Below are positions 18,576-29,042 of a DNA stretch of 64,000 nt, piece after piece. Source of the stretch: a virus; IMG/VR virus record IMGVR_UViG_3300034108_000145, positions 1 through 64,000 of that record; one strand, 5' to 3'. Under the pieces are notes generated by a model, which saw only the letters and a list, made by a program, of their open reading frames with translations, was not told the DNA's origin and did not search any database. Made by a program: the position numbers and the translations under genes. The stretch's first letter is position 1, and the number at the start of each line of letters is the position of its first letter.

Positions 18576-21500
18576 TACCTAGGTGATTGTAAAAGTTTTA
18601 AGTTAGATATTTTAAATAGTAGTTTAACATCATTACTCTTTAATTTACGTAAAAATACTTTATTAGATTGATGTCTAAACTTTTTATGCTGTAACGCTGG
18701 CTTCTGATAATCAACATATTGAGCATTAATGTCAAACTGATAACCGTTAGGTTTTGTAACAAACATTGGAACGTTGTTAGCTGTAAACTCACCACGGTTC
18801 TTAGTTATATCCCAGAACTGATTAAATCTATATTTGTTCTCTTCTTTAGAGAAGTTAATCTTTATTGATTGAGGTCCCACCTGAGGGTAGGTAAGCATAT
18901 CTAAAGGGTTAGTTTTACTCTTTACAACAAGCTCTAATAAACCAGACACTTGTTCAGAATTGTAAACAATAGCCTGATCAAAGTTCTCATCTAGAACATG
19001 ATACTTATCTGAACAGTTGTTGTGAGACTTATATGCTTCTAACACATACTCTATGTTTCTCATTGAGTTAACAGTCTGACCTGTAGAAGATACAAACTCT
19101 ATTTCAAATGGATAATCTATACCATAGAAGTTAACATACTTGTCACAACGAATATTGTGTTTCCATATGCTATCTTTATTAACACTCATGAAGTGAGCCT
19201 TACCAGGAATCAAGAAAGTTGGAATCCAATCATGGAATGACAACCAAACCTGAGACTTAGGATCATATGAAATAGTCCATGATGCCGGCTGGAAAGCTTC
19301 TGATTCTAATTCGTAGTACACTTTAGCTCCGTTTATTAAACGGTAAAATCTTTCACCATCTAAAGCAAGATCTGTAAACAAAGGTTTATAGTCTTTCTTA
19401 GTGATATATAAAATCTCATTGGTGTTATCATAGATCATCTGCACACCTACACCTTTTACAGGATTATCTCCTAAAGGATAAGCAGGGAATGCTTTGAGAA
19501 GTTCACTAGGTAAGTATCTAGAGAACCACCACTTCATACCATCTTTTGAAATCTCTTTAATACCACCACCATATACAAATACTTTTCCTTGATCTTGAGA
19601 TACCCAGAACACACCATAAGTTGTATTCATAGAAGCATACTTGCTTTGGTTTGAACCATACTCAAATGACTTTTCTGAATTAACTACAGCTTGAAGTTGT
19701 TGCGGTCCACTAAATAATGCACCATCACCAATAGTAATTTTAGCTCCTGTAGCATCAAGCTTTAGTTCCTCTACACCCATAAACTGTAAAGGACTCTGAC
19801 GCTTCATCATAAACAAAGCACCAGTTTTATTAATAGACTTGATTGATGTTACAGGAGATGAAAACTCTTTATAGTTGTTAGCTAGATACAATCTCCAGTT
19901 ATCTTTTTTAGACTCAGTAAACTGTGGTAAAGAGTATACAACACGATTAGGATTATATAAATAACATTTTTCAGCTACTGTAGGATCATAATCTCTAGGT
20001 AAAATGTTACCCCATGAGATGTGACTATTAAATAACTTAGATATACTTAATGAGTAGTCATACTTATAGATCTCACCACTCTTAATCATATCACTTCTAA
20101 ACATCATATCTATATCAGCATAACCATATGGATCATAGAACCTACGTTCAATCTGATCATCATGATCACGGTAACCAACGTTAATCTCACTCTCTACAAA
20201 GAAGTCACGTACACCTGAGTTAAACAAATAGAAGTGTCTGTTCTTAACATAAAATGCTCCACCTTGTGCTCCTGAACCATTAAGATGACGGTGATCTCTA
20301 GATATATCTGTTAAAAGTTCAGCATCTATTCTTTTAGAGTTTAACCAATATCTAGGGTAAGTCATTGCAAAATGATTACGATAGTCAAACTCTATTTCAT
20401 CTGGTTCACCCATCAACCATGTGTTAAAATAGAACATGGTGTTTCTTTCAGTAAACCTGTTAATATAAGTATCACCGCCAAAGTATACTTGACTAGAATA
20501 CTTTTTAGTTTTATCTGCTTGTGTAAATTCTACACAGCTAGATATTGGCATTTGTTTTATAGAATCTAACTGACCGTATTGTGACACCATAGGAATCTTA
20601 ATAGCTCCATAGTACGCAACAGTATTAGCAACAAAAGTATCGTTTATGTTAATATTTAAGTCATGGTACAACTGTCTAGTATTATCAGTTATACCAGATT
20701 GAGTTCCAGTCTTTAAAAGATCCGTAGACGTTTGTAAAATTACAAACTGATTTCTATAGAAGTTATTAACTCTATAGTTTGTACTAAATCCATGAACTCC
20801 TGTTCTTATATACGAAGAATCAACAATTTCTTTTCTAATATTACCTCTAACATTTGTAGTGTAGTTATTATAAAAAGCATGTGATAAACATTGAAGAGCA
20901 TACTGTTTCTTTGGCACTAAATATAAGAACATACTAATAAGCTTCTCTTTTTTAAGATCAGCTAACTTCTTTTCTAGTCCAATTACAGCTGCAGCTGTAG
21001 CTCCCCAAAGAAGCAATCTTGCAGCAAATAAAATACCACCTACAACACCATCAGCTGGTTCTGGAGGTTTAGGAATCTTATAGTTTAAAGATATTGGAAA
21101 GTTTTCTGTAGCAGAAATTGTTATACCACCATCACCAGAAAATACTTTTTGTAAATTATTAATAGCATCTATTGTTGCCATTATATCAGTAACGGCACTT
21201 AGAAAGTTATTAGCTAACTTAAATCTTGGATGTTTATATGGCTCAGTAAATTTAGATTGAGCTGTACCATGTATTTCCTGATACACTTTAAGCTCTTGAA
21301 CATTCATAAAAGGATTACTAAAAGTAGTCTCTGGTGAATGAAAAGAGAAAGTGTTATTTTTATATGCCGTTAAAGGAGCTGTTTTATTATCTGTTGAGTA
21401 TCCTTTGTAAGCAACATCTTTACTTGATGTTAAAAACAAGTCCGCACGTAAATCATTATAAGGATAGTTTTGATATAATCCTTTTACAGTGGTAGTGCCA

Positions 21501-23149
21501 GGAAGATCATACTCTCTCATGTTATTAAGCATACCTTTTGCTATAACACTTTTGTTTCCTTCTCTAGATCCTCTAAGTATCTCATAACCTACAATAGACA
21601 CAATAGGATTACCTGCATTATCTAAAGGGTGAGTAATATTATCAAACTTAACACCTAAGATGTTTATACCTGTTCCGTTAGCAGCAAAGTGGTTAATCAC
21701 ATTACCACCAACAATTGTATTATCAGGCATCTTGTGATGTCTAATCTTTTTACCACATAGGTTACCCCATATGTTAAAGGCTCTATCAGGATATTTTTCT
21801 TCACTTTCCCAATACCCCATTTGACCTGTAGCAATCACTTTACCACCATCTGCTAAAACTGAACTTACAGTATTATCAATAGTAGCTGTATTTTCTACTT
21901 GCCAACGTTCACGACTTACAGAAGATGGTCCTACAGTTTCATAAGCATCACCGCCAACAACAGGAGCCCTATCTGCAGCAGTAGGTACTCTTCCTGGAAT
22001 ATGGTATGATTCAGACTTATCTCCTGTATTATATATCCATCTAATAAAGAAAGCATATTGCTCATCTCTCATATACCCTGTGTTATTACCACCTTTGTAG
22101 TAGTAATCCGCAGGATATTGTACAGCTACCCAATTAGTTTTAATAGCATTAGCTTGAGGCTGATAGTTAAACTTAAACTTACTGGTTGTACCAATTCTGA
22201 TAAGATAGTCACTTACAGTGTACATAGCATCTGTTTTATCAACAGATTCTTTTCTTACTACGATTTGACTTACAGGAATAGTTTCATATTCTGTACTCCA
22301 CTTATCTAAATAGATAGTACCTTGGGCTGTAGAGTATACACCAATTTTTTTAGCTGTACTCTGATTGTTAATGTTAGATAAGATTGCAAGTTCAAACTCA
22401 TCATAGTTCTTATCAATACTTGTAATAGTTATTTCTAAAGACATGCTTGTATTCTCATGTGAGAATAAAGACTGCACTTCAGATATACCTAAGTAGTCTG
22501 TAACTTTAACTCCTGCTACGGTATAAGCTATTACAGCTTGGTATGATCCATTAGGAAGCATACCACCGATTTTACCTTTAGCAAGGTTTATACATGGTGT
22601 GGTAACTAATGCTGCTAATCTAATAGCTTCACAGTCTAATTGTATAGGAGTTAAAGGAACTTCAGTAATACAACCGTCATTAACAACTTGTTGAGTTTTT
22701 AACGGAGGATTATCTATATCCATAAATCTAGATGGGTTACGAGCGTCATCCCAATAGATTAATCTTTCACAGTCATAACGTTTACGGTATGCACCTGTAA
22801 TTAAGTTTGAACGATTAAAGTTTAAACACGGATCGTTTATTACTTTAGTATAAGAACAAGCTGACTCATCAAAAATACCAATCTCAGAGTTAACATCATC
22901 TGTAGTAAAAATAGCCCATTGGTCATCTGAAAGATGAATAGAACCAATAAGAGTATAAGGAAGTTGTATACAAAACAAGTTAGCTGGTTCATTACCAACT
23001 ACACCTACTTGTCCATCATGTGAGTTATTAACTGCATTACGAGCATGAGTCCACAACCCCTCTCCAATGAAGGTGTCATTAAAATCTTTTACCATCCCTT
23101 TAGTAAAGGTATTAGTAGTAGATCCGGGTGTTTGTGATTGATCAGCCAT
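18575..23149 (-). CDS. Muzzle / tail stabilisation protein, 1524 aa
   Basis: N-terminal TNTFTKGMVKD...ARNAV, beta-rich body, RDEQYAFFIRW and WTISYDPKSQVWLSFHDWIP motifs; canonical position after ring proteins and before cargo genes. Confidence 0.8.
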   Translation of the reverse strand: MADQSQTPGSTTNTFTKGMVKDFNDTFIGEGLWTHARNAVNNSHDGQVGVVGNEPANLFCIQLPYTLIGSIHLSDDQWAIFTTDDVNSEIGIFDESACSYTKVINDPCLNFNRSNLITGAYRKRYDCERLIYWDDARNPSRFMDIDNPPLKTQQVVNDGCITEVPLTPIQLDCEAIRLAALVTTPCINLAKGKIGGMLPNGSYQAVIAYTVAGVKVTDYLGISEVQSLFSHENTSMSLEITITSIDKNYDEFELAILSNINNQSTAKKIGVYSTAQGTIYLDKWSTEYETIPVSQIVVRKESVDKTDAMYTVSDYLIRIGTTSKFKFNYQPQANAIKTNWVAVQYPADYYYKGGNNTGYMRDEQYAFFIRWIYNTGDKSESYHIPGRVPTAADRAPVVGGDAYETVGPSSVSRERWQVENTATIDNTVSSVLADGGKVIATGQMGYWESEEKYPDRAFNIWGNLCGKKIRHHKMPDNTIVGGNVINHFAANGTGINILGVKFDNITHPLDNAGNPIVSIVGYEILRGSREGNKSVIAKGMLNNMREYDLPGTTTVKGLYQNYPYNDLRADLFLTSSKDVAYKGYSTDNKTAPLTAYKNNTFSFHSPETTFSNPFMNVQELKVYQEIHGTAQSKFTEPYKHPRFKLANNFLSAVTDIMATIDAINNLQKVFSGDGGITISATENFPISLNYKIPKPPEPADGVVGGILFAARLLLWGATAAAVIGLEKKLADLKKEKLISMFLYLVPKKQYALQCLSHAFYNNYTTNVRGNIRKEIVDSSYIRTGVHGFSTNYRVNNFYRNQFVILQTSTDLLKTGTQSGITDNTRQLYHDLNININDTFVANTVAYYGAIKIPMVSQYGQLDSIKQMPISSCVEFTQADKTKKYSSQVYFGGDTYINRFTERNTMFYFNTWLMGEPDEIEFDYRNHFAMTYPRYWLNSKRIDAELLTDISRDHRHLNGSGAQGGAFYVKNRHFYLFNSGVRDFFVESEINVGYRDHDDQIERRFYDPYGYADIDMMFRSDMIKSGEIYKYDYSLSISKLFNSHISWGNILPRDYDPTVAEKCYLYNPNRVVYSLPQFTESKKDNWRLYLANNYKEFSSPVTSIKSINKTGALFMMKRQSPLQFMGVEELKLDATGAKITIGDGALFSGPQQLQAVVNSEKSFEYGSNQSKYASMNTTYGVFWVSQDQGKVFVYGGGIKEISKDGMKWWFSRYLPSELLKAFPAYPLGDNPVKGVGVQMIYDNTNEILYITKKDYKPLFTDLALDGERFYRLINGAKVYYELESEAFQPASWTISYDPKSQVWLSFHDWIPTFLIPGKAHFMSVNKDSIWKHNIRCDKYVNFYGIDYPFEIEFVSSTGQTVNSMRNIEYVLEAYKSHNNCSDKYHVLDENFDQAIVYNSEQVSGLLELVVKSKTNPLDMLTYPQVGPQSIKINFSKEENKYRFNQFWDITKNRGEFTANNVPMFVTKPNGYQFDINAQYVDYQKPALQHKKFRHQSNKVFLRKLKSNDVKLLFKISNLKLLQSPR

Positions 23150-23501
23150 GTTTTATTTCCAGCTTCTTCTTTTCTAAAAATTTATACGTCACAGCGGTTA
23201 GGTGTCCTGCCAACCAAGCTTGAGCTTCTTCATCTACTATTCCTCTATCTTCTGTCACTCTAACTACTGCATGAAAGATTTCATGAGCTATAGTGTTGTG
23301 GGTTAGATATTTGTTACCTAATAGTAAATAGTAAACATCCATATCCGGCATAATTAAAGCACCTTCTGCTTCACCGCCAAAGTCTTCCTTTATCTTACAT
23401 CTTTTATATATCCTCTCTGCTTCAACAGAAACACTATCAACTATACTTATAATGATCTTGCAACTATAAGTAGGTAATTTTATGGTTGTGTTTAGCTTCA
23501 T
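23142..23501 (-). CDS. Small zincin-like metallopeptidase (HExxH), 119 aa
   Basis: TIAHEIFHAV followed by DEEAQAWL (third-ligand Glu); its TGA stop lies inside the muzzle gene start (8-bp overlap). Confidence 0.7.
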   Translation of the reverse strand: MKLNTTIKLPTYSCKIIISIVDSVSVEAERIYKRCKIKEDFGGEAEGALIMPDMDVYYLLLGNKYLTHNTIAHEIFHAVVRVTEDRGIVDEEAQAWLAGHLTAVTYKFLEKKKLEIKHG

Positions 23502-23504
23502 ACA

Positions 23505-24398
23505 TTAGAATCCTTCAGTTGATTTAAACATATCGTAATACTTACTATACATAGCCTTACGATTTGATTCCCATAAAGTCTTCATTTCTGCAAAATCTGG
23601 TGTGTTAACAATACTTAAAGCATTATTTCTAGCTCCTCTAAGACGTTGCTCTATAAGCTGCATCTTTTGAGTTACGTCCTCACCATTTAAATATAAGTTT
23701 TCTAAGAGTCTTTGTTTGATAGCATACTCATAGTACTCATTAATCATAGGATGATCAAGAACTAATAAGTTTCCATCTTCATCTTCTAACGCACCTTGGT
23801 ATGATATAAAGATCTTACCAGTGTCAAAGTTTGTGTAAACAAAACCGTTCTTTATATAAGCACCATTACCTGAGTTATCTAAAGCATCATGTCTTCCTGT
23901 AGAAGTAGATATCTTAAGCTTTTGAAAAGTAGTGTATGTTCTTGTTTCATACTTACGCTTCTCTACAACTTGTACATAAACCTTCTCACCGGTTTTACAT
24001 TCTACAGTGTATGTTCTCTCACAAATACAGGTTTTGTCAACCTCACCACATTTCTTACAAACGTTTTTACCATCTGCAGTTTTACAATGGGTTGGGTCAA
24101 GGATAACGTTTTCAGTGTGGCGGCCATGCATAACAGGATCACTATAAGTATTTTCACCACATAAGTAAGCATAGTTAAGAACATAGAAGTCATCAGGAAG
24201 TCTAGTCTTTTTCTTTTCTACGTCTAGGATCTTTTCTTTTGTACCATGAATTCTTAAACCAAGATCGTAGTTTACACGCTGAGCCACTTTGATAAGCTGA
24301 GCAGGTTCAATCAGACCTTCATTATTATACATAACAAAGTCTGTAGCAACTTCATTAAGCAGCTCGTCAAAGGTTCTATATTTAGGTTCTGTTTTCAT
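23505..24398 (-). CDS. Tail tubular/ring protein with Cys-rich insertion, 297 aa
   Basis: YIKNGFVYTNFDTGKIFISYQGALEDEDGNLLVLD resembles the crAss tail-tubular (ring) family; synteny. Confidence 0.7.
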   Translation of the reverse strand: MKTEPKYRTFDELLNEVATDFVMYNNEGLIEPAQLIKVAQRVNYDLGLRIHGTKEKILDVEKKKTRLPDDFYVLNYAYLCGENTYSDPVMHGRHTENVILDPTHCKTADGKNVCKKCGEVDKTCICERTYTVECKTGEKVYVQVVEKRKYETRTYTTFQKLKISTSTGRHDALDNSGNGAYIKNGFVYTNFDTGKIFISYQGALEDEDGNLLVLDHPMINEYYEYAIKQRLLENLYLNGEDVTQKMQLIEQRLRGARNNALSIVNTPDFAEMKTLWESNRKAMYSKYYDMFKSTEGF

Positions 24399-25072
24399 TA
24401 ACGAGCAATGTTTTGTTTATCAGGAGATGCATCAGAAGGTATCTGGTACATAGCAATAATATCTTTTAATACCGCAGCTTCTAACTCACCAAATAAGTAA
24501 TCAGGTACATTAAACAATAGATCAGTCTTTTGTAAACAGCTATCAGCTTCACAAGTGTACATGCTAATATCTTCTTCAAATATTCCTTCTATACGTACAG
24601 CATCCCAATCAACGTTAGGAAAGTATAAGTAGTCATCTAAATACCAGAAGTACTTAGTCTTGTTATATTTAAAGTTTTTAGATTTAGATAGGTTAAGATA
24701 TGTACTAGGATGAGTAGGTTGCATTTCCTCTGATCCATCTAAAGAAGCCACAGTACGAATAAGTGGACCATAATATCCTTGTAAAAAGATTGGCATTTTT
24801 TCTTTAGTACGTTTAATCTTACAATCAGATTTTAAGCCTGTGCAGCATGCTTCTACCTTGTCAACTTCTATAAGTTCAACAAAGTCCATGGTTTGCATAA
24901 CGCCAGAAAAACTCATAAGTCTATTCTTAGAGTCTTCACGTTTCATTAACCATTTTGAGTGTTTGAGGATTATACTATAGATCAAACGGTCAGTAAGCAT
25001 TGAGTCTTGTCTCACTGCCTTCACCTGACTTCTGATTCTTGAAGTAATATCTCCTACCGTGCTTTTAGCCAT
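24398..25072 (-). CDS. Tail ring protein, 224 aa
   Basis: YFWYLDDYLYF...VRIEGIFEED pattern and position between IHF-like and tubular genes. Confidence 0.65.
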   Translation of the reverse strand: MAKSTVGDITSRIRSQVKAVRQDSMLTDRLIYSIILKHSKWLMKREDSKNRLMSFSGVMQTMDFVELIEVDKVEACCTGLKSDCKIKRTKEKMPIFLQGYYGPLIRTVASLDGSEEMQPTHPSTYLNLSKSKNFKYNKTKYFWYLDDYLYFPNVDWDAVRIEGIFEEDISMYTCEADSCLQKTDLLFNVPDYLFGELEAAVLKDIIAMYQIPSDASPDKQNIAR

Positions 25073-25073
25073 T

Positions 25074-25658
25074 TTATTCTAAATTAAACTCGTCATACTC
25101 TTCTAGAAGTTTGACGGTCTCATGTTTTTTAAAATCTTTATATTTCTGAATTCTAAAAATCTTACTCACCCTAACTAGATCATCTACCACTACATACTTC
25201 TTCCACAGTTCAGGATAAGTCTTACCCACCGTTCTTTTAAAATCTCTTACACCAACAAAGCTCCACATATCATTATGCTTGAACCTATACTTGGTTTCAA
25301 AGTTCGTGTAGAATATTTTAGCCATGTACTGATCTGAATCCCAGTTCTGATGTTGGATAACTACCCCGTGTTGTTTACTCTTACTAAAGTCTACGTTGCT
25401 CTTTTTACGACCACATGACCCTATAAAAATATACCCCAGCTGTTCAGGTAGCTCTACACCATCTCTTTCATCTATAACGGTTTGCCAAATCTTACCGTTA
25501 AACAAGGATATAACCTCCTTAAATTTTTCTAAACTTATCCCAGCATATCTTGGATGCTCTTCTATAAACTTGTTGTAAGAGTCTATATTTGTTAAGTTTA
25601 GCTTTTTAGGTCTGTACCTAGGAGCTGTTAAATCCGGTTTTTTAAATACTGTCGACAC
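25074..25658 (-). CDS. IHF/HU-like DNA-binding protein (crAss type), 194 aa, GTG start
   Basis: FKEVISLFNGKIWQTVIDERDGVELPEQLGYIFI resembles the HU/IHF helix-helix-strand core; basic; conserved position in the crAss tail module. Confidence 0.6.
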   Translation of the reverse strand: MSTVFKKPDLTAPRYRPKKLNLTNIDSYNKFIEEHPRYAGISLEKFKEVISLFNGKIWQTVIDERDGVELPEQLGYIFIGSCGRKKSNVDFSKSKQHGVVIQHQNWDSDQYMAKIFYTNFETKYRFKHNDMWSFVGVRDFKRTVGKTYPELWKKYVVVDDLVRVSKIFRIQKYKDFKKHETVKLLEEYDEFNLE

Positions 25659-25663
25659 AATGT

Positions 25664-25681
25664 TCTACATTAATAATTTAC
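25664..25681 (-). promoter_or_regulatory. Conserved promoter-like motif GTAAATTATTAATGTAGA (copy 2)
   Basis: 17/18 identical to copy 1; intergenic. Confidence 0.65.
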
Positions 25682-25719
25682 GAAAAATCTACGAGGTTTC
25701 CTACTTAAACTTTTATAGT

Positions 25720-27036
25720 TTAAGCATTATAAGTAAATTCAGATATTTTACCTTTAGTTAGGTCATGGATTTCCATAACTGCTTGACGCTTAGATCCTGT
25801 AAACTTATTGTGGTAATGCCAATAGTCTGACTTAGATAAAGAAGGAAGATGCTTAATTGTAAAGCCGTGAACCTCATTATCTGTAACAAACTCAGTAACC
25901 TTCTTAGTATGGAAGTGTCCAGTGTAACATGTACGGAAAGTAGTCTGTCCCCATTGACTTGGGAACTCGGTAGCATATACAAGAGCTGTCATCTTCTTAG
26001 TAACATCCCCATGCTCAAACGCAAAGAAGTTCTGACCCCAGGTCACAACCTTTCTTTCTTCATAGTTAGCGTTGAATCTAATAGAAACCTCTTGAGAGAA
26101 ACATTTAGACAATGCGTGTACTAAATGGTAAGAGGATAAACGATCATGGTTACCAGGCAGGTACACCACTTCTAGTTCTTTACAGAACTGCTTGATAAAG
26201 TTAACTGACCAGAACATAGCATCAAATGCTTCATTATAAGCATCCTGAGCTCTAAGGTCAGAGTCTACAGGTGTACCCTTAGTAGTTAGTCCACCAAAGG
26301 TATCCATGTTTAAAAGGTCCCCTCCTATTACATATATGATCTTTTCTACACTATGAGAGTGATAAGATCTTAATACAAGACTCTTAATACTATCTTTAAA
26401 ATCATCTACTACAGATAGGTTCCCTTCTTTACCAAAGTGGAGATCCTGTATAGACAAGATCCCCACAGTTGGATTATCAAATTTGTCATTAATAAAAACC
26501 TCTGCAATGGGTTTATATGACGGTTTAAAATTCTCTAAAGTTTCTTGTAATAAGTCCTTGATTTCCAAGGTCTTCTGTGTAACCATGGCTGATACTAACC
26601 AATAGTCTTTATGTTGTTTATTCCAATAGGAACTAAGCTTCCACTTATCTGTATCTATCTTTAATATTCTAATTATCTCTTCTGGACTCTTAGGCTCAGC
26701 AAAAGCTATACCCTTGATTTCAGCTGTACCATCATCCAAGTTTTCCTTAAACTCTACAACCTTTTCCTTATTCTGGTTAATGGCATCTACTAATTGATCT
26801 TCTAAATCAGAGATGTACTGATTCTTGATGGTCTCATCGTCTATCAGTTCTAACATCCTTTTTCCAACAATATCTATAAGACTACTGTCAAGTTCATTTT
26901 GTAACAAGTCTTTAGTGTGGGAAATTTGTCTTTTGATTTCTTGGTACTTTTGTAAAGAAATACCTAACTTTGAGGCACAGAAGTCATCTGTTTTCTTCCA
27001 CTTAAGGGAGCCATACACCTGATTGATAAGGTTCAT
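25720..27036 (-). CDS. Calcineurin-like metallophosphoesterase with N-terminal HTH-like region, 438 aa
   Basis: All five motifs present: QDLHFG, GGDLLNMD, PGNHD, FEHGD, TGHFH. Confidence 0.85.
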   Translation of the reverse strand: MNLINQVYGSLKWKKTDDFCASKLGISLQKYQEIKRQISHTKDLLQNELDSSLIDIVGKRMLELIDDETIKNQYISDLEDQLVDAINQNKEKVVEFKENLDDGTAEIKGIAFAEPKSPEEIIRILKIDTDKWKLSSYWNKQHKDYWLVSAMVTQKTLEIKDLLQETLENFKPSYKPIAEVFINDKFDNPTVGILSIQDLHFGKEGNLSVVDDFKDSIKSLVLRSYHSHSVEKIIYVIGGDLLNMDTFGGLTTKGTPVDSDLRAQDAYNEAFDAMFWSVNFIKQFCKELEVVYLPGNHDRLSSYHLVHALSKCFSQEVSIRFNANYEERKVVTWGQNFFAFEHGDVTKKMTALVYATEFPSQWGQTTFRTCYTGHFHTKKVTEFVTDNEVHGFTIKHLPSLSKSDYWHYHNKFTGSKRQAVMEIHDLTKGKISEFTYNA

Positions 27037-27121
27037 ATATTGTATTTTGGTATATGGTGTATAAAGCTATACTAAATATTTTGGTATATCAATAATTTAT
27101 ACACATTTTTTAAACAGTACT

Positions 27122-27158
27122 AAAAAGAAACCCCCGATGTAGAAACACCAGGGGTTTT
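27122..27158 (-). terminator. Intrinsic terminator
   Basis: Minus strand AAAACCCCTGGTG-TTTCTA-CATCGGGGGTTT followed by CTTTTT. Confidence 0.75.
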
Positions 27159-27201
27159 GTAATGTCAGGGAAACCAACAAAACCACTGACTTTTTTATAT
27201 T

Positions 27202-27720
27202 TTAAATAGAACCAACTGAACTACAAACTGTTCCTCCTCCAGGTATGTACTGTCCACCACCAACACAAGGGTCAATAGTAGCTGTAGTTGAACCAGTAGG
27301 AATAGTTCCGTAAATAGTTGTTCTAAGATTTGTACCAGGACTGCACGAACTTCCAGATTGTACGTATTCTACGTCAATTGAAAAAGTAGTATCTACACTT
27401 ACAGGAGCTGACACAGTAATTTGACCTCCTAAGAAATCATCAATAGTTCCACCAATACAAGGTTGAAAACCTGCACTTGCTGATACTACAGTAACTGTAG
27501 CTGCTGTAAAACTTCTTGCTGAGCCAAAAGTACCACCTCCACAAATTGCTTCCACAGTTCCTGAATATGATGTACCTGTTAATCCAGTAGCTGTAAAACT
27601 ATTAGTATTTACAGTAGCTGTAGTTACATCTACAGGATTAGACGTAGGCCAATACTTTACCCTATACCCCAATGAAGGAGCTGGTGATGCTGCAGGGAAA
27701 GTTACACTTAGTGTTGCCAT
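27202..27720 (-). CDS. FN3-like virion surface protein, 172 aa
   Basis: TLSVTFPAASPAPSLGYRVKYW...YSGTVEAIC FN3 pattern; Thr/Ser/Gly/Cys rich. Confidence 0.6.
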   Translation of the reverse strand: MATLSVTFPAASPAPSLGYRVKYWPTSNPVDVTTATVNTNSFTATGLTGTSYSGTVEAICGGGTFGSARSFTAATVTVVSASAGFQPCIGGTIDDFLGGQITVSAPVSVDTTFSIDVEYVQSGSSCSPGTNLRTTIYGTIPTGSTTATIDPCVGGGQYIPGGGTVCSSVGSI

Positions 27721-27923
27721 TACGAATTAGTATTTATCCAGTTATCTGCTTCAATAAGATTGTTAAAGAATGGGCTAAGTGCATTATGATCTTTCATAAC
27801 CACGTTTCTCATCCCATCATATTGTTTAAATATTGTATAGTGTGAACCGTTAAGTTCATAAGAAGCATGAATTACATAATCCACACCTAAATCATTTTGT
27901 ACTATAGCTGTTAGTTCTTTCAT
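27720..27923 (-). CDS. Hypothetical protein, 67 aa
   Basis: Start and stop overlap both neighbours by one base (translational coupling). Confidence 0.6.
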   Translation of the reverse strand: MKELTAIVQNDLGVDYVIHASYELNGSHYTIFKQYDGMRNVVMKDHNALSPFFNNLIEADNWINTNS

Positions 27924-29038
27924 TATACTACAGGTGTTGTTGTATCATTAATATCTATATTACCTACGTTTGTAGATCTGTTATATGTAATAACAGCTAA
28001 ACGCTGACCTCTTGTTAAACCAACACTAACATTTGGACTTTCAAGATCTGACGATCCAGTTGCTATACCGCTAGTATTTTTAGCTGTAATCACTTTACTT
28101 GCAGAAGCTCCTGTTAATGTTGCAGTAGCAGTAGGATTAGTATAACTAAATGCTGGAGAACCAGTGTTTCCTTGTTTGACCATACAACCTCCTTTATAAA
28201 AGGTAAAGCTTAAGTTAACCGGATTAACACCTTGTATATTATACCAAAAAGCACGACAGTCTATTACTACTTCATTTTGTCCAGCACCAAGTTGTGTAAA
28301 GTCAATAAGAACGCTTTCAAAACCTGTACCTGTATTATCATTACCCCACATAGCCAATGGTTTAATAACCATATCACAAACATTACCACTGTCTATATAT
28401 CCCGCAGATTGTGGAGTTCTTTGATACTGACTCCAACCAATGTATTTACCTTGACCGTTTTGATCCGCATAACTTGTCCCATCAATAGATACAATTCTTG
28501 TACGGGTATCTAAATCTACACCATCAGTAAACTGATAAGTAACTACCATATAGTCAGCATCAAACGTAAAGTTTGTCTCACCAATAACTATGTTCTCTGT
28601 AGTAACACAACCTGTCACAGTATCTGTAACTGTAGCAATATATGTTTGACCACCAGTTAATCCTGTAGCTGTCAATGTTGTCTGTACAGGAGATGTATTC
28701 CAACTATAAGTATATGAACCAGAACCACCTACAATATTACTAATAGTAGCTGTTCCGTTTGTACCCAACTGGTTAGTAGGAGATGTAGAAGAAATATTAA
28801 ATGTTACATTACAAACAGCATCTGTAAAGTTTACTCTAGTAGAGTTACCAAAACTACATACAGATTCAATTGTACCTGTATAGTCATAACCTGTTAAACC
28901 AGTAATGACAGCAGGACTACTTGTAACAGTTGTTGTTAACACTGTTCCAGGCGTAGCTGTATCCCAATATCTAACAAGATAACCACCTGATGGAGCTGGG
29001 CTAGCTGCTGTAAAATTTATAGTTAATTGATTAGCCAT
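27923..29038 (-). CDS. FN3-like + SprB-repeat-like virion surface protein, 371 aa
   Basis: N-terminus paralogous to the 172-aa protein; GGSGSYTYSWNT...TATGLTGG.TYIATVTD..TGC resembles a Bacteroidota SprB repeat. Confidence 0.6.
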   Translation of the reverse strand: MANQLTINFTAASPAPSGGYLVRYWDTATPGTVLTTTVTSSPAVITGLTGYDYTGTIESVCSFGNSTRVNFTDAVCNVTFNISSTSPTNQLGTNGTATISNIVGGSGSYTYSWNTSPVQTTLTATGLTGGQTYIATVTDTVTGCVTTENIVIGETNFTFDADYMVVTYQFTDGVDLDTRTRIVSIDGTSYADQNGQGKYIGWSQYQRTPQSAGYIDSGNVCDMVIKPLAMWGNDNTGTGFESVLIDFTQLGAGQNEVVIDCRAFWYNIQGVNPVNLSFTFYKGGCMVKQGNTGSPAFSYTNPTATATLTGASASKVITAKNTSGIATGSSDLESPNVSVGLTRGQRLAVITYNRSTNVGNIDINDTTTPVV

Positions 29039-29042
29039 TTAC

